In this document: piece by piece, positions 16,076 to 17,443 of the stretch
How the letters are laid out: the number at the start of each line of letters is the position of its first letter
Position numbering within the stretch: position 1 is the first letter of the stretch
The notes under the pieces: model-generated
What the model was told of the DNA's origin: nothing
What the model saw: the letters and a program-made list of their open reading frames with translations, nothing else
Database searches by the model: none
Made by a program: the position numbers and the translations under genes
NCBI GenBank assembly: GCA_038999435.1
Contig: JAVZYR010000013.1
Coordinates: 1 to 17,443 of the forward strand
Length of the DNA stretch: 17,443 nucleotides
Source: Candidatus Aenigmatarchaeota archaeon
GTDB lineage: Archaea > Aenigmatarchaeota > Aenigmatarchaeia > QMZP01
Direction: 5' to 3'

Positions 16076-16702
16076 CTTGTAGAAAAGATCATCGAAGTGA
16101 GAAAGGCTGCAAAACCAAGGCGATTTAAACAGAGTTTTGACCTTATTATAAATCTTAAAGGTATAGACCTTTCAAAACCAGAGAATAGATTTTCATTTGA
16201 GCTCCAATTACCAGAAGGAAGAGGAAAGGATGTTAAGGTCTGTGTATTTGCAGACAGCCTTGCGCCACAAGCAAAAGAGGTTGCTGATATTGTGATAACA
16301 AAGGCAGAAATAGAAAAGATTGCAGAAAACAAGGCAAAAATGAAGGCAATAGCAAATAGTTGTGATTGGTTTCTTGCAGAGGCATCCCTTATGCCGCTGA
16401 TAGGTAAAGTATGGGGTGTTGTTCTTGGTCCAAGAGGGAAGATGCCAAAACCACTTCCACCGAATATACAACTCAAGCCAATCATTGAGGTAATGAGAAG
16501 ATCTATCAGGCTGGTATTAAAGAGCACACCTGTGATAATGGCAAGTATAGGAAATGAAGGCATGTCAGATAGTGCAATAGCAAGGAATGCCGAAGCAGTT
16601 CTTAATGCGGTCAAGGAAAAGCTTCCAAAAGGGAAAGAAAACATAAAATCTGTGTATGCAAAACTAACAATGGGAAAGGCGGTGAGATTGGATGGTATCT
16701 AA
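16073..16702 (+). CDS. rpl1: 50S ribosomal protein uL1
   Basis: RRFKQSFDLIINLKGIDLSKPENR, LP.GRGK, LMPLIGK.WG..LGPRGKMPKPLPP, NIKSVYAKLTMG. Confidence 0.97.
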   Translation: MLVEKIIEVRKAAKPRRFKQSFDLIINLKGIDLSKPENRFSFELQLPEGRGKDVKVCVFADSLAPQAKEVADIVITKAEIEKIAENKAKMKAIANSCDWFLAEASLMPLIGKVWGVVLGPRGKMPKPLPPNIQLKPIIEVMRRSIRLVLKSTPVIMASIGNEGMSDSAIARNAEAVLNAVKEKLPKGKENIKSVYAKLTMGKAVRLDGI

Positions 16703-17443
16703 AAAAAAGATAGAGCAGCTTCAGGAGATAAAGGAGCAGATAAAGGCATGGCCAGTGATAGGTGTAATTGATATGTTAAAACTTCCTGCAAGACAGCTGC
16801 TTGAGATAAGGCAGAGATTGAAAGGGAAAGCAAAAATTAAAATGTACAAAAAATCGCTTATAATTCGTGCATTTAATGATATGGGCGTTGATCTAAAAGA
16901 TGCTGTACAAGGCGAGCCAGCCCTAATATTTTCTAAAGAAAACCCATTCGACTTGGCAAAGCTAGTAGCAGAAAATAAAAGCTATACAAAAGCAAAGGAA
17001 GGGGATATCCTGTCTACTGATGTGTGGATAAGGGCAGGTCCAACAGGGCTTGCACCAGGCCCTGCAATTGGTCAACTCCAAAAGTTTGGTCTTCAAGTTG
17101 GTGTGGAAGGAGAAAAGATTGTGGTAAAAACTGATAAAATGATTGCAAAGGCAGGGGATAAAGTGAGTAAGGAGATGGCAGACCTGCTACAGAAGTTGGG
17201 TATAAAACCAATCGAGCTGATGCTCAACATAATTGCTATTTGGGATGGAAAGATTATTTATACGAAAGATATACTTTTTAAAACAAGCGATGAATGGCTA
17301 TCTGAAATAGTAAAAGGCTTTCATGCATGCTGTGCACTTGCGCTGGCATTAGAATGGCCAATAACACCAATTATTCCACACATGTTGTCAAATGCCAATC
17401 AGCATGCACTTGCACTTGCGCTAAGTGCAGGTATAGAGACAAA
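16692..17443 (+). CDS. rpl10: 50S ribosomal protein uL10 (acidic P0), 3' end beyond the window edge
   Basis: Not in the ORF track. Hand translation from ATG 16692 gives MVSKKKIEQLQEIKEQIKAWPVIGVIDMLKLPARQLLEIRQRLKG...ENPFDL...AKEGD...AGPTGLAPGPAIGQLQKFG...LLQKLGIKP. Overlaps rpl1 by 11 nt, with GGTGAG upstream. Confidence 0.95.
   Translation, partial: MVSKKKIEQLQEIKEQIKAWPVIGVIDMLKLPARQLLEIRQRLKGKAKIKMYKKSLIIRAFNDMGVDLKDAVQGEPALIFSKENPFDLAKLVAENKSYTKAKEGDILSTDVWIRAGPTGLAPGPAIGQLQKFGLQVGVEGEKIVVKTDKMIAKAGDKVSKEMADLLQKLGIKPIELMLNIIAIWDGKIIYTKDILFKTSDEWLSEIVKGFHACCALALALEWPITPIIPHMLSNANQHALALALSAGIET

Noticed and set aside
16090..16135. Methanococcus-type uL1-binding site inside the rpl1 coding region
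   Set aside because: No GGAGG / CCG..AC pairing is present there. The motif is found only in the leader.
1..17443. CRISPR arrays, IS elements, rRNA, defence systems
   Set aside because: No regularly spaced repeats, terminal inverted repeats or corresponding genes were seen. Almost all the sequence is accounted for by the genes listed.

Overview
A compact, AT-rich archaeal core-genome window. Features such as archaeal-type PolB, NAC, Spt5, SecE/Sec61-gamma and uL10/P0, TATA boxes 25-30 nt before many ATGs, minimal intergenic space and a shortened PheS suggest a small-genome DPANN-like lineage (inference). Gene order: polB (minus, runs off the left edge), nac, glyS (minus), PHP phosphoesterase, processive GT2 glycosyltransferase, pheS, pheT, minD (minus), tRNA-Arg(CCT) (minus), Cys-rich lamin-tail lipoprotein, CBS/Zn-ribbon protein (minus), secreted TPR protein (minus), polyprenyl synthase, secE, spt5, Nudix hydrolase, rpl11, unknown membrane/coiled-coil protein, rpl1, rpl10 (runs off the right edge). 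polB, secE and rpl10 are missing from the ORF track and were translated by hand. No mobile elements or CRISPR arrays were seen. The best leads are non-coding. (1) A 41-nt hairpin in the rpl1 leader buries the Shine-Dalgarno and start codon and carries what looks like a circularly permuted uL1-binding internal loop. (2) The tRNA-Arg has a 35-nt non-canonical intron in the T-loop (best placed at 59/60) and unusual G32, G27.A43 and A15. Protein-level leads are a eukaryote type-III-like GGPP synthase in the slot ftsZ usually occupies before secE, and two unusual surface proteins.
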